Source of the DNA: Felis catus
Taxonomy: Eukaryota
Length of the DNA: 64,000 nt
Direction: 5' to 3'
Assembly (NCBI RefSeq): GCF_018350175.1
Contig: NC_058368.1
Coordinates: 132,868,001-132,932,000 of the forward strand
Shown here: in pieces, positions 36,655 to 50,008 of the stretch
Layout: every line of letters starts with the position of its first letter
How positions within the stretch are numbered: position 1 is the first letter of the stretch
Program-made: the position numbers and the translations under genes
The notes under the pieces: generated by a model
What the model was told of the DNA's origin: nothing
Databases searched by the model: none
Seen by the model: only the letters and a program-made list of their open reading frames with translations

Positions 36655-37740
36655 TCTCATTGAGCTTACATTTTCAAGGGAGATAGAAACAAGTAATTAT
36701 GTAATAGTATGTCAGAGCTACAAAGAAAAACAGAACCTGAGACGTTAGAAAAGTAGCAGGGCAAGAGTAAACATCCTGTTTTAAATAGGATGATTTAGGA
36801 AGTGTCTCTCTCTGAGGAAGAGGACCAGTAGAGCAGACAGGCACATGAAATTAGGAGTGAACCATACATAGACTGGGACAGTGAGTTGGTAGAAGAGGTG
36901 CATTTAAATAATTTTAAGAGTGCAAGTCCTAATATTCGAATGAGCTTGGTGTAACTGAGAAATAGATAAAGCACTCAGGGCTGGAATAAAGTGAGTAAGG
37001 AAGAGAATTGAGTAAGATTAGATCAGGTAGGAAAACTGGCACTGTAGATCACATATGACCTTGTAGGCCATGCTAATGAATTGGGGTTTTACTCTGACTT
37101 AGATAGAAATCTGCTGAAGTATTTCATGCTAGGGAATGGCAAGATGTGATGTACATTTTTAAAAGATTATTTTGACACTTATGTGAGAAACAGTCTGTGG
37201 GTGCTTAGGGTGAGAGTGGAATATCCTATATTGCAAGGAGAAAGTTCAATAAAGAGGCTTTTGTAGTAATTTAGAAGGAGCTTTGCTGGGCTTCAACTAT
37301 TGAGTGGAGACGATGAAAAGGAATGTAGGAACATCAGGCCAGTAGTTGACTGTCAAGTATACTGGCTGGAGATAAAATATGGGAGTCAACATTGTACAAA
37401 AGGAGGTTTTAACACCATGGAAGTGCATGAAATTACTAGGGAGAGAGGATGGAGAAGAAAAGGTCAAAGATTGAGCTCAGGAATGAGAGGGGCCCCAAAA
37501 GGAGAATAAGAAGAACCAGCCAATCAGGAGGGTGTGTTATCTAGAGAGCCATCTGAAGGAAGATCAACTGCGACAGATTGTTGCTGGTGGGTCCCGTAGA
37601 TGAGGACTTGTAATTGACCACGAGGTTTGTCAAGTCAGAAGTAGTTACTGACCTTGAGAAGAGTACATAGTTTTAGCAGAATAGTGGGGATGAAATACTA
37701 ATTTAAGTGTATATAATGCATGGGAGGCAGGAAGGTCATG
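36655..37740 (-). mobile_element. L2 relic
   Basis: ctcattgagcttacattt...ccttgtaggccatg...ggaatggcaagatgtgat...actgaccttgagaagag. Confidence 0.6.
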
Positions 37741-38089
37741 ACTGTGGATTTACCCTAGTACTGTGGCTCAGTTCCCATTTGGACAGTTGATGGATGTATC
37801 TCTCTGTATTTGCCTTGGTTTTAGAATTAAATGTGAGCATTTTATCCTTGCAAATAGTAGCTATAATTCACCTGTGAAAAACATTGGAAAAAATGTATTT
37901 TGAGTTTAATTTGAAATGTCTTAGGATTCGCAGTGTAGATTGTTAGAAACGTTGTACTTTAAATAAGAAATCTCCTGTATAATGTCACCAAAATAATAGA
38001 TTGTAGGTCCTAAACAAAATAAGGGGTAACTTACTATCTGTAAGTATGAGGAAATCTTTTTTCCGTATCTATTCTCAGCTATGTCTTAC

Positions 38090-38155
38090 TGTTTTGTTTT
38101 GTTTTGTTTTGTTTTGTTTTGTTTTGTTTTGTTTTGTTTTGCTTTGCTTTGCTTT
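38090..38155. repeat. (GTTTT)n/(GCTTT)n pentanucleotide microsatellite
   Basis: About 13 units. Confidence 0.95.
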
Positions 38156-39239
38156 AGCAAGGCAGAGTACCCTTTTAATAAATTAATGCTTAGCATTTGA
38201 CTTTGAGCAATACCTTATAATAATCTATCTGTATATTTTCCCAAGGTTTGGATACATGAGTCTCATAAGATATTCTTAAGTTCCATAGTTGAATTTGCTC
38301 AGGAGACTGTGTTATATCCTTCTTTTGGATTATATTAACAACTCTTACATGTTACTAGAGTAAAGAAACCCACTTGGCTATATTTCAAGATTCTGCAAAC
38401 TTCTTAACCAAGACCTCTTTTCTTACCTCTCATTACTGAACTAAAAGCCTTAAATTGTTAATCCATGCTTCAGAATCAGATTGTAGTATTTACTTGTTCT
38501 ACAAGTTAGGGTAGGAAATACTAAAATGATGATACCTTTGCTTCTGTTACAGCTTAAACACAGTGATTACTTCATCATCATTAAATGTGTCAGTTCATGT
38601 ATATGTAGAACTCCTATTTCTAATCCCTCTTAATTGAGTATTTAATGTGAAATGTTACGAAATTTTGCATCTGGATTCACAGAACATTGCTGGGCTCTGG
38701 CTTATGCCAGTTAGTTATTATAGTATAAATGAGACATGGCTCCTGGTCTTGAGGACTCTTGAGACTTTTTTAGTATAATAGCGCTATTTTAGGTAATGAA
38801 TACCAGCAAGGTATGTTAGACAACTCATTTTAGTGAAATTATCTGGTATCTAAGACAGTTTTTCATATTTACAGTGTTCTCTCATTATCTTCTCCTTGTT
38901 CCCGTCTGTTAATTACTTATAAAAAATAAAAATTGTAGTGATGAGGGGTTTTGTGTTTTTCTCAAAGTTTGACAGAATAGTAAAGTAATAAATCATGAAG
39001 CATCCTGTGTAAGCCATATTACCTCCCTTACAATATGAAGTAGTCATTTTGCTGTGGAAGTACAAATTATAGGGGAGAAGGTATGTAAAAGTAGTCTGAT
39101 TATGCATTATCAGAGTAAATTGCTCTTGAATATTTCACTGCCCATGTAGCACTTGCAGAACATGGAATAACGTGGTTTTTCATGAGTCTTTGAAGTCTTA
39201 AACAGAACAGCTGATTTGTTTCCTCGTTCATTTTGTCAT

Positions 39240-40450
39240 TTTCATTCAAGAACTGTTTATTGCACACTGTTTTGTGCCAGGCAGACTAAGCTGGGATACA
39301 TAAGGCTATTAAGAAGGTCACTGTAATACAATGTGATAAAAGACTTGGTAGGACTGGGCTTCAGGTTCAAAAAAGAGTTTAACTTGGGAGTGTAAAGGCA
39401 GGTTTTCCAGAGGAGGAGATTCCTGCAATGACTAATTCTCAAAATAATCATAGGATTTAAACAAAGAAAGGGGAAGAATATTCTGGTTAGAAGGAATATT
39501 ATAAACCTGAGCACTTTTTGATGAAGAAGTCTAGTGTACTAGGTAACTGTACAAGTGGTTCATTGTGACTAGAACATAACCTTTGGGATGGAAGAGTAGC
39601 AAATGAGGCCAAAGAGATAAACAGGTCATGGAAGATCTTATGTTATATTTCAAGAGGAACTTGCATTGTATTTCAAGAATGGTAAATAGATGTTTTTTTT
39701 AATCTTGCATGTTAACACTGATAAATTATGAGTGACTTCTGAAAGATTGTTTTAAGGATTTGGAAGTCTTATTCAGGCTCTGTGGAAAATTGCCGTGATT
39801 AGGGTGTCTCTGTAATTTATTGTCCATGTTATCGAAAAGGGGCTTTACAATAATTGTGTCAAAACTGCATGTGTAAAATGTGAATGTCCCAGGCAAACTG
39901 GGTGTTTGGTCATCATAGTCCTAATCAATTATTCATATATGCCGTCAGTTTAAGAGGAAGAAGTGATCCTGTGATACATGTCAACCCTACTGTAGTTGAT
40001 GGTGAACCATTATAACATATGAACAAGCAAGTAGTAAGATCAGATTGATATTTTGGAATGTTTTTTGGGCTGCGTTGTGAAAGGTGGATTTAACTAGGAA
40101 TGGTGGTGACAAGTGTGAAGGCAGGAGAGACTGGTTGGAGGGCGTTTCTATTGCCATACTCAAGGCAATAGAAAATGTTGGCTTGAAGTAAGATAATGAC
40201 AGTAGGGCCAAAGAAGAGCTGGTATATTTAGGGCATAACTTAAAAGGTCACATCAATGGAGTATGTGAAAAATGCATGTGTGTGAGAAGAAAGGCAGTAA
40301 AAGCAAAGATGAGCTTCAGAGGTGTGGCTGAAGTGACAAGATGGAAATCGATACAATTACCAAGATGAGGAACTGCAACAGAAAGAAAAATGTTTATGGG
40401 AGGATATTAAGTTCCAGTCAGGCATGTTTATTTTTTGGATAGGCATGTTG
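39240..40450 (-). mobile_element. L2 relic
   Basis: cattcaa...tttattgcacac...tgtgccaggca...ctgggataca is the L2 3' end. Confidence 0.6.
39800..39918 (+). mobile_element. MER94-like hAT MITE
   Basis: tagggtg...taatttattgtcc...tgtcccaggcaaactggg...tggtcatcata. Confidence 0.55.
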
Positions 40451-40656
40451 AGGACAGTTCTAGTGGCCATGATTCTCTGCCCCCCTTCTTCCCCCTGCCG
40501 TCTCGACTGTTTTAGACTGTCGTTTCTCTGCTGTTGGTTTCCCCATTCTTTTAATTTCTAACCTCCTGGGATTTCTCAGAATTGCTCCTGAAGGCATGAT
40601 TTCCTTTTTCCCAGGATCATTATAGATTTTGTTTGTTTCTTTAAAAAAATTTTTTA

Positions 40657-40932
40657 GGGGCGCCTGGGTGGTTCTGTCGGTTAAGCATATGACTTTGGCT
40701 CAGGTCATGATCTCACGGTTTGTGAGTTTGAGCCCCGCATTGGGCTCTGTGCTGACAGCTCAGAGCCTGGAGCCTGCTTCGATTCTGTGTCTCCCTCTCT
40801 GTCTGTCCACTCCCCTGGCTCACACTCTGTCTCTCTCTTCCTCAAAAATAAAATAAACATTTAAAAAAATAATAAATATTTTTAATGTTTATTTTATTTT
40901 TGAGAGTGAGAAAGACAGACCATAAGTGCGGG
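40657..40932. mobile_element. CAN-SINE (+, 40657-40870) tail-to-tail with a truncated minus-strand SINE tail (about 40878-40932)
   Basis: Full + copy followed by aatgtttattttatttttgagag... Confidence 0.85.
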
Positions 40933-41318
40933 ATTTTTTTTATCCACATAGAATAAATTCTATGAATTTATTTATTTAAATGTTCAGGATGGATGAATCC
41001 CAAGCAATACTAACATTTAAGTGGCAGATGGATTAATAAGCTTAGAGTGGCCATAGAGGTAGAAGAAAAACTATATGATAGTGCATTCAAGTTAAGGATG
41101 AAGCAGATAGCTTAAGGGAAGAAGCTGTAAGGGGATAAATGCTATTGAGGTGTCAATTCAAATGAAGTCTGGAAAATATGCAAGTTGGGTATAACATGCC
41201 AACTTATTTTGAGTTGTAATTTTAGAGATGTACATCAAAAACCTGATTGACACAATTTAAAGAATAAGTAAATGAGAAAATTTACAATAGTTGATTAAGC
41301 TTTTAAAAAGGTTGGATA

Positions 41319-41535
41319 GGGGCACCTGGGTGGCGCAGTCGGTTGAGCGTCCGACTTCAGCCAGGTCACGATCTCACGGTCCGTGAGTTCGAGCCCCGCG
41401 TCGGGCTCTGGGCTGATGGCTCAGAACCTGGAGCCTGTTTCCGATTCTGTGTCTCCCTCTCTCTCTGCCCCTCCCCCGCTCATGCTCTGTCTCTCTCTGT
41501 CCCAAAAATAAATAAACGTTGAAAAAAAAAAATTT
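41319..41535 (+). mobile_element. Young CAN-SINE
   Basis: TSD aaaaaggttggata at 41305-41318 and 41536-41549. Confidence 0.95.
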
Positions 41536-42739
41536 AAAAAGGTTGGATAAGAAAGGAGAGGGGTGGAACATAAAGAAATTGGTAGCTAGAGGCACATAAG
41601 AAGGAATTCTTTAAGCATTTTTATAGGTTGTTGCGAGGAGACTGTGGAGAATTAGATTAAGGGTATGAGAAGAAGTTGGATAACTGGTGTGTAACCGACA
41701 GAATTTAAAACTGTGGCAGGGATTCTTGTCCTTTTGAAAGCAGCTTGGTCTGAAGTTTGTGAGAGGCAGAGCTAATGTATATGTTGAAATTCTTAGAATG
41801 TAGCAGGTTCCGAGCAGATTTTACATCCTATTTTTGTTCTTTAAAAAAAAATCTTTGAGAAAATAGTATCTTCAGAATATAATTTAGGAAACATAGAAGG
41901 ATTTTTAGGCACCATTGAGAATCCCTGTTGAAGTTGGTTACCACAGATCTGTAGTTACATTAATTTGCTCATTGGGTAATATAGAGAAAGCACACGGTTG
42001 GAACGATTCTGGATTGCAGCTTTGCCAAGCCAGGTGTAAAGAGAAAGACAATGCAACAAGGTGGTCCTCGTAATTGGCACAAAAGTATTTATAATGAGGT
42101 CTGGTGAGGTACAAAAAGAAAGCAAATAAAAGAAAGAATTATGGTGATCAAGTTGAAAGTTCAAGGGAGTGTCAATTTTGGTGAGCTTGACTAGCAAATA
42201 TTGTGGAAACAGCGGAGAGAGAGCAGACGTGGTGTCTCTGTTACCATCCTCTACTCCTTGTCCTTGTGCTTGACCACTCCTCTGTTTCCTTTTCAGGAAT
42301 TTTTCTTCTGCCAGTCTTAGATATTGGTGCCCCATATGGTACTCAAGGCTCATCTTGAGTTTCTTTCCATATACTTAACTCTAGGAAAGATGCAATTACT
42401 ATCTATATGCCGTTATTCCTAACAGTATCCTCAGCTCTCAGTTCTCTTTCCTTTACTGTACACTCATTTTCTACTTAACATTGCCACCCAGATGTCTCAA
42501 ATTCAACCAGTCTAAAAGTGAACGTGCTATCCTCTGCTCCCAATCTTTTTCTTTTCCTGGGTTCCCTAGATGAGTAAAAAGTACTTGATAGAGACAGACT
42601 TGGGAGTATAACTCTTAACTACTGTTAATCACCGAAGTCTATTTAGTCTTAACTCATATATCTCAGGTGTTTTTCTGCTTTGCTTTATCCCTGCTTTCAC
42701 TTCCCTTAAATATAATCATCTTAAATATAGTGTATCATC

Positions 42740-43030
42740 TCCAGTATAGTAGGCACCAGTGTCATATGTCTGGTCCAAATTGAGATGTGCTCCAAGTGTA
42801 AAATATATTCCAGATTTTGTATATTTCATATAAACAAAGAAAATAAAATATCACATTAACAATTTTTGATCATATAACAGAATTCTATTTTGAACATAGA
42901 AGATATGTTAAATTTAATGTATTATCAAAATTTAACTTATTTTTGCTTTTTAGAAACATGTGGCTGCTAAAAATTTGTAAATTATCTATGGTTCTCATCT
43001 TCATCTTACTCTTGTTGACTTGGACTACTG
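42740..43030. mobile_element. MER33-like hAT MITE
   Basis: gtccaaattgagatgtgct...aagtgtaaaata...atgtggctgctaaaaattt. Confidence 0.6.
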
Positions 43031-44326
43031 AGATATGAAATAGATCTCTGCCTCCAGTGTTGCCACCACCTCCAATCTCAAACCACCCTAATTTCATTCT
43101 GAACCACACTGCAACTCAAGTGATCCTGTTATCTGGTTCCAGCACTAACCAGGAGATCAGTGGATATTAGGAAAGGATGTAGAATGGCAGAGGCAGAGTT
43201 CAGAATGGTAGAGGCAGAATTTAATGTCCCTCAAAAGAACAGGTATTTATACTTGAAGAGAGAAGAGTGATGATCTCACAGCATTTGTAAGCTCTAAATT
43301 TACCTATCTCCTGACGTAGGGTTTATGATCTTTGAGAGAATAACCCTATTTTTGAGAAGAGTACAGGGAAGTACTGTCCTAGGGAAGGAATAGATCTGCC
43401 ATATCTGTTATCTGAGGAAGTCAAGGAAAGTTTTCAGTGAAGATGTTTGAGATGCAGGGCAATTTGTTTATTGTGGAACAAGTTGAGGGCCATGGAGGAA
43501 ATGTTTGAATGGGAGTAAGATCACAGGATCCATTAGCTAGCTGCAAGGTTTTCACAAGAGTCAGTCTAAAGAATTAATTGATAGGTTGGCACGTGAGGGA
43601 GAGATTGGGTAGTTTCCTGCCTGTCTGGAGTCAGTCAGGGCATGGATTGATAGGATTTTAGGTTAATAGACTGGCCAAAGTTATTAGTTATATTAAGAAT
43701 AAGTTGAAAACACTTCATAACCAACTAGGAGAGAAGTTTTAAAAAAATGTCCAAAAAAAAGTTTTATAGTTCCACCATTGAGTAAGTAAATTTGTGGTAT
43801 CATTAATGGAGATAGGAGACATGGGAGAAGAGAGAACCAGGTTACAACTTAATGTTTGTTATAAGTACTATTTTTTCAGCTAGAATTAACTGTGGGTAAC
43901 TATACTAAACCTTCTAAACCATTTCTATAAAAGCCTCTTCCCAAAGGGGGAAAGATAATGTAAAGGAGGCACAATAACATAAAATCCAAAAGCTTGTTTT
44001 ATAGCTTTATTAAATCACTGTGATAAGTAATTACTGGACTGTGGATACACTTAGTATATGAGATCTTTTTAAATTGTATTGACAATCAGGGATAATTGCA
44101 ATTCAGTGTGAGTTTTGTTTTATACTAAAACTAAATGGTATTTTGTAGATTTTTATAAGGTTTCAAATCATTGCTTAAAGTGTTACTATGTATATATAAG
44201 CTTGTTTTTGTAATCTACACATTGATACTTTATAGGAAAGCATGGTGAGTACTTATTCAGAGGAATTGCTGGATATGTATTTGCTTTAGGATTATTAAAA
44301 GTTAAACATTTATTTTCTTTCCCTAG

Positions 44327-44426
44327 TCCAAACCCCTGATACCTCTTCAAAAAGAGACTGATTCAGAGACCCAGAAAATGGTGCTTACTAACTACATGTT
44401 CCCTCAGCAGCCAAGGACTGAGGATG
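44327..44426 (+). CDS. ERBIN: ERBIN coding exon 13 (LAP-specific domain)
   Basis: ttccctag|[36 protein letters not shown](V); donor G|gtagga; 100 nt. Confidence 0.97.
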
Positions 44427-44454
44427 GTAGGAGTTTAAAAATCTCTTTTCTTTT

Positions 44455-44590
44455 GGGGCACCTGGGTGGCTCAGTCTACTGAACGCCTGACTGTTGATTT
44501 CGGCTCAGGTCATGATCCCGGGGTGGTGGGGTTGAGCCCCAGGTTGGGCTTTGTGCTGAGGCTGGAGCCTGCTTGGGGGGGGGGGGTCTC

Positions 44591-44636
<46 letters not shown>

Positions 44637-44770
44637 CCTCCCCACCTCTCCTTCCCTCCCCCCTCCCCCTCCCTCCCCCCACTCCCTCCTTTCCCCCCCC
44701 CCACCCCCCCAGCCCTCTCCCTCTGCTTCTCTCCCTAGCTCACGTAGTCTCTCTGAAAATGAGAAAATAA
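44455..44770 (+). mobile_element. CAN-SINE with G12, (TC)n and C-rich expansion
   Basis: Head 28 bp after the exon donor; G run at 44575-44586; C-rich tract about 44636-44720. Confidence 0.88.
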
Positions 44771-45154
44771 GTATGTCGGGGCTATAGGTAGTTGAATTTG
44801 GAGGTACATGTAGACCATATGCTTCCTTAAATGATTTCTTGAAATTAAACAGTCAACTTCATTTATTATAGATCTCTCTATTCTTTGCTAAATGTCAGGA
44901 ATGCATGTTAAATGTAATTAGGACTGTTGAACCAGGAACTGTTTCGTTCACTTGTTTTGTTGTAGACTAAATACTATCTTTCGATCTACATACCAGATAA
45001 GGATAATATGTAGAATTCTGCATAAAGTGTTGTTTCTAAGTTCTTAGGTTTTGCCTAGAAAGGGGAACATACCCTTTTCTATTGACCATACATGTTTTTC
45101 AACAGTTTTGGTATGAAAGCCTTTTAGACTAAGGAGCAGATTGGTTCCAATACA

Positions 45155-45900
45155 TGTTGTTTTGGGGTGGTGGTAGAGTTCAGAGCTGATGGCCAAGAAA
45201 GAATTCTTAAAGACATCTTTGGTGCAAAAAGGTGATTTTATTAAAGCATGGAGACAGGACCCATGGACAGAAAAGCTGCACTGGGGTTGTGAGGAGTGAC
45301 TGATTATATACCCTCAGGTTGGTGGGGGTTAGGGACAGTGGCAGTCTCTAAGGAATTTTGGAAACAAGGTTTGAGGACCTCTAGGGGCTAGGTGTTAGGA
45401 AAACATCATTTACATTTAGTAAGACCTTAGTCATGAGACCCTTCAAATGTATATCAGTGACCATATGCTTGGAGTATTATTGCCAACGTATACTTGGGGA
45501 CTGAAGATAAAGGAGGTTTGCAAAGGAATTTTTAAGTGTTTAAGGAGACTCACAGGATCTCAGGGGTCAGGATGTTAGGCCAGGATTCCCTTTTGCCCCT
45601 AGCAAAGTGTCATCATTGAGGCAGCTGAGCTCGTAGATGAAGGTCAGTCTGCCTGTTTCATGGACTTGTCAGTGGGCTGTAGGTATTAAGGGAATTTAAT
45701 TTTTCATTTGCCTTAGTTTTCCCACATCACCATGGCAAGCACTTAAACTCCTTTCCTTTGTTCTTGAGCACCTAGGAGTGTCTAAGAAATATCGCCCATA
45801 CACCTGGGGATGGGGAGGGGTGCTAGCTTTGGCACCCCTTTGTAAAGCAAACTTGTACAAAGCAAACTTTGCACTCAGTTTGCCTTCTGGTCCCTCATCA
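45155..45900 (-). mobile_element. Solo ERV LTR (carnivore ERV1-like)
   Basis: About 745 bp, GC-richer block with TG...CA termini. On the minus strand TATATAA (45310-45304) is followed by AATAAA (45242-45237). No exact TSD seen. Confidence 0.7.
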
Positions 45901-45947
45901 TGTGTGTAAAGTATATATTATGTTACACTTACTAATATAATTTTTAT

Positions 45948-46163
45948 GGGGCGCCTGGGTGGCTCAGTCAGTTAAGTGTCCAACTTTGGCTCAGGTCATG
46001 ATCTCACGGTTCATGGGTTCGAGCCCCGCACCAGGCTCTGTGCTGACAGCTCAGAGCCTGGACCCTGCTTTGGATTCTGTGTCTCCCTCTCACTCTGCTC
46101 CTCCCTCACGCTCTGTCTCTCTCTCTCTCAAAAATAAATAAACATTAAAAAAAATTTTTTTAA
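45948..46163 (+). mobile_element. CAN-SINE
   Basis: Full length. Confidence 0.92.
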
Positions 46164-46305
46164 AGAATATTTTTATATGTATATTTTTCTGACAGCAGTG
46201 AAAATATTTATGGCTCAAAGTTATTTAGAAATTAACTCTTAATACATAAAAACACTGAAGAAAAAATCTAAATTGATCATTAATTTTAATTTATAAATAT
46301 ACCAG

Positions 46306-46450
46306 AGGCAAGTTAAATAAATTCTGGAGCTTCAGTTTCCTTACCTTGAAATAATGATAATAGTATCAGTTTTGCAGGGTTTTTGTACAGATGAGAAGCA
46401 CTGAATGTAAAGTGCTTAGTTAGCACTATGGCAGAATCACATTGGTTATT
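46306..46450 (+). mobile_element. MIR fragment
   Basis: ggcaagtta...gagcttcagtttcctt...aaataatgataatagta...tgtaaagtgcttag is a MIR core. Confidence 0.65.
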
Positions 46451-46946
46451 ATTATTCTTACATTGTTTTGGCAGGTTTAGCAAACAGTTATGAAATACTT
46501 AAATAGATTAAAAAGTAAAATCATTCAATTTCCATTATTAGTGATAAATAATTGGAGAACTCATTTATCTATGTTCATTATTTCTTGTTCTTTGCAGGAA
46601 GGAATAAAAGACTTGCTTTGATAAGTTATTTCATGGGAATATTAAATGAGGTTTATTTGGATAAAGCAAAACTATTTAGCTTTTGAATTGAATTAAAAGT
46701 TAAGACTTGTGAGATGTTAGATGTGAATAGTTTACTTCATTGGGAATCTATAATGCTTAGAGAATAAGTTTGTAAGCACAAGCTCTCTTCCATATATTTA
46801 AATCAACCCCTAATTTCCATATTTAGCAATATAATTTGGAAACATGTATCCATAATAAAATAATAGCATATTTAATTGTAGGCATTCGATGTTGAAGTAT
46901 TATTTTATGCAAGTACTCTATATGTACATTAGAAGTTAATGAGTTC

Positions 46947-47250
46947 AGGGGCACCTGGATGTCTCAGTCGGTTCAAGTGTCTGATTTCAGCTCTGGTCAT
47001 GATCTCATGGTTCATGGGTTCATTGGGCTCTGTGGCTGACAGCTCAAAGCTTGGAGCCTGCTTCAGATTCTGTGTCCCCCTCTCTCTCTGCCCCTCCCCC
47101 ACTCACGCTCTTTCTCAAAAATAAATGTTTAAAAAAAATTATTTTTAAAGAAGTTCAAGGACACCTGGCTGGCTTAGTCAGTAGAGCATGCAACTCTTGA
47201 TCTCAGGGTTGTGAATTTAGGCTCCACATTGGGCATAGAGATTACCAAAA

Positions 47251-47298
<48 letters not shown>

Positions 47299-47310
47299 AA
47301 GAAATTAAAA
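46947..47310 (+). mobile_element. Two tandem CAN-SINEs (46947-47149; 47158-47310 short, with about 50-nt A-rich tail)
   Basis: Two heads; long polyA at about 47247-47296. Confidence 0.88.
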
Positions 47311-47656
47311 AATTCAAAATAGATATACCACTAACTCTGGCTTATGCCTGATTTTGCATTGTGGGGAATTATAGTGAATGTTTGGATACATCAGTAGGTG
47401 TTTTTTTCTTCGTTTGCCATAGTCACTGGAATTCATGTCTCAATTTCCAATTTTATCTCTGAAGTTGATTTCTGGATATTAGAAATTAGTAAGAGTGAGT
47501 ATCGCTATAAATAGTATTACTGCCAGCCAGACATAATATATTCTAATAGTTGTTCTTTTATGTGGGAAGATAGAATGTTAATACTTAAAATATTTGTGAG
47601 GAAAAGGAAGAATAAATTCTTAGTGTAAGAAGAGACGTTAATGTCCTTCCTGTTGA

Positions 47657-48210
47657 TGGGGCAGCAAATTATTTAAGTAAAGGACAATTTAATAAATATA
47701 GGCTTCATAGACCATAGGTTTCTGTGATAGCTGCTTGATGCTGCCTGTTTAGTGCAAAAAACAGTCACAGACAATATGTAAACAAATGAGCATAGGTGTG
47801 TTCTAATAAGATTTTATTTATGGACAGAGAAATTTATATTTCATGTAATTTTCATGTATTATGAAAAATTTTTTTACGTTTTGGGTTTTTTTCCCCCCAG
47901 TATTTAAAAATTTTAAAACTATTGTTAGGTTGTAGACTATACAAAAACAGAAAGTGGGCCAGATTTAATAGCTTTCTGTCCCTGGGGGCACCTGGGTGGC
48001 TCAGTCGACAAGCGACTTCAGCTCAGGTCATGATCTCATGGTCCATGAGTTTAAGCCCCGCATCGGGCTCTGTGCTGTCAATTCAGAGCCTGGAGCTTGC
48101 TTCAGATTCTGTCTCCCTCTCTCTCTGCCCCTCCCCTACTCACTCTCTGTCTCTATCAAAAAATGAATAAACGGTTAAAAAAAAAAAAGCTTAATAGCTT
48201 TCTGTCCCTG
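47657..48210 (-). mobile_element. MER58-like hAT MITE split by a SINE
   Basis: cacagacaatatgtaaacaaatgagcat...gtgttctaataa...aaaaacag...tgggccagattt. Confidence 0.65.
47983..48189 (+). mobile_element. CAN-SINE
   Basis: TSD ttaatagctttctgtccctg. Confidence 0.92.
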
Positions 48211-48679
48211 TTTTAAACGATAGGAACAACACATTGGGAAAATTTGTTTTTATTCTCATTTGCTACTTTTACTTTAGAAAAATAATAAAAACTGGTAATT
48301 ATTAAAAATCAAATACAGATATTATTCTGAAGGAAGATTCTCAACAAAATTATTTTTTCCTTTGTGAAGAAACCAAGTCTGTAAAGGACATATTTAATCT
48401 TTGATATTATTATATTCATGTGGTAGTAGTGCTTTCCCTCTTTGCTTTTGTCACTGCCATATAGAAACCTGAGAATGTTTTATTTTGCTTTCATTTTAAC
48501 GCACACTCAAATAACCAAACATAATTCCAACAATGAATAAAACTACTCAACAGCTTATATCTTTTTATTTGAATAATAAACTAAAGTATTAAATACATAA
48601 TGTGAGATATTGTTGAAGACCCCCTTCCAGGGAACAACCAGATAAATATCTTTTGTCATAACACTTTTTGTTCCAGTCA

Positions 48680-49036
48680 GAGTGATTGACACACTGTGGC
48701 CCATGGGCCATGTCTGGCCTGCTACCTGTTTTTGTGTGGCCCACAAGGTAAGAATAGTTTTTACAGGTGACTCTTTGCATCAGTTTGATGATAGCCAGCA
48801 CCAGTTAAGCAAAATGTTACTCCTAACAGCGAGACCTTCAGTCTTCTCATTGGTAGAACTATAATACAATAATGGTACTCAGTTATTAGTACATATATCT
48901 TAAATTTGTCAGAAATCTTGTGGAAATTTGATTTCTGTCGTAAGCACCTACCATAGTGTCTTCACATTGGTCTCTGGGCTCACAAAGCTAACCATATTTA
49001 TTATCTGACCACTTAACAGAAGTTTGGTGACTGCTG
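48680..49036 (+). mobile_element. MER58-like hAT MITE
   Basis: tgtggcccatgggcc...cctgtttttgtgtggccc...atatttattatctgacc...agtttggtgactgctg. Confidence 0.55.
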
Positions 49037-49579
49037 CTTAGAACTGTTCTAATCATGGGTGTACTCATGCTTTGATTTCTCTTATTGTCTTCTGTTTTCA
49101 TGATTCAGATTTACCTGGCCTTCTATCATTTCTGTCATTTCAATTTATCCTCTTACTGTTTCTTTTTAAAAGAGGTCATAGTTCAGTTAAGAAATTTATT
49201 TCTGATACAAAGAGTAGAAGTAGCAAAATAAAATCTTGCCATTTTGAATTTTTGATTTGAGAGATGTGTTTTAGAATGGAAGAGTCTTAAAAGGATAGGT
49301 CTGAGATACACTTAGAATGTTTAAGTCCTCATAGAGTTTACGTGTTTCTTAAAGTATTTCCATATAGCACTGCAACATACTGCACTTACAATACCAAATC
49401 AGCAACTACATTGACATGGCCAACTGGGTGGATTTCTTTTCAAATGCAGTAAAAGCTTTTCCCTTTATGACTTTGCCTCAAAGAAATAAACAAGTCAGAA
49501 AACACAGTGTTCTTGACTTGGAGTTTTATATACTTTAAGAGGAATAGATGCTTTGTTCACATTTAATTCATTCAATTTT

Positions 49580-49789
49580 TTTTTTTGATGTTTATTTATT
49601 TTTGAGAGAGACAGAGACAGAATGTGAGTGGGTTAGGGGCAGAGAGAGAGGGAGAAACAGAATCCCAGGGAAGCTCCAGGCTCTGAACTGTCAGCACAGA
49701 GCCCCAAGCGGGACTCCAACTCACAAGCTGTGAGATCATGACCTGAGCTGAAGTCGGACGCTCAACCGACTGAGCCACCCAGGTGCCCC
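49580..49789 (-). mobile_element. CAN-SINE
   Basis: TSD aattcattcaatttt. Confidence 0.93.
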
Positions 49790-49892
49790 AAATTCATTCA
49801 ATTTTTATTGAACACCTGTGTTAGATCTAAGCAGTGTGTTAAATCTGAATATTTAAAAAGAAAAATCCATGCTTTCAAGAAGCTCATGTTCT

Positions 49893-50008
49893 GGGGCACC
49901 TGGCTGGCTCAGTTGGTAGAGCACACAACTCTTGATCTCAGGGTTGTGAGTTCAAGCTCCATAATGGGTGTACAGATTACTTAAAAATAAAATCTTTAAA
50001 AAAAAAAA
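49893..50008 (+). mobile_element. Short CAN-SINE variant
   Basis: TSD aagaagctcatgtt. Confidence 0.88.
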
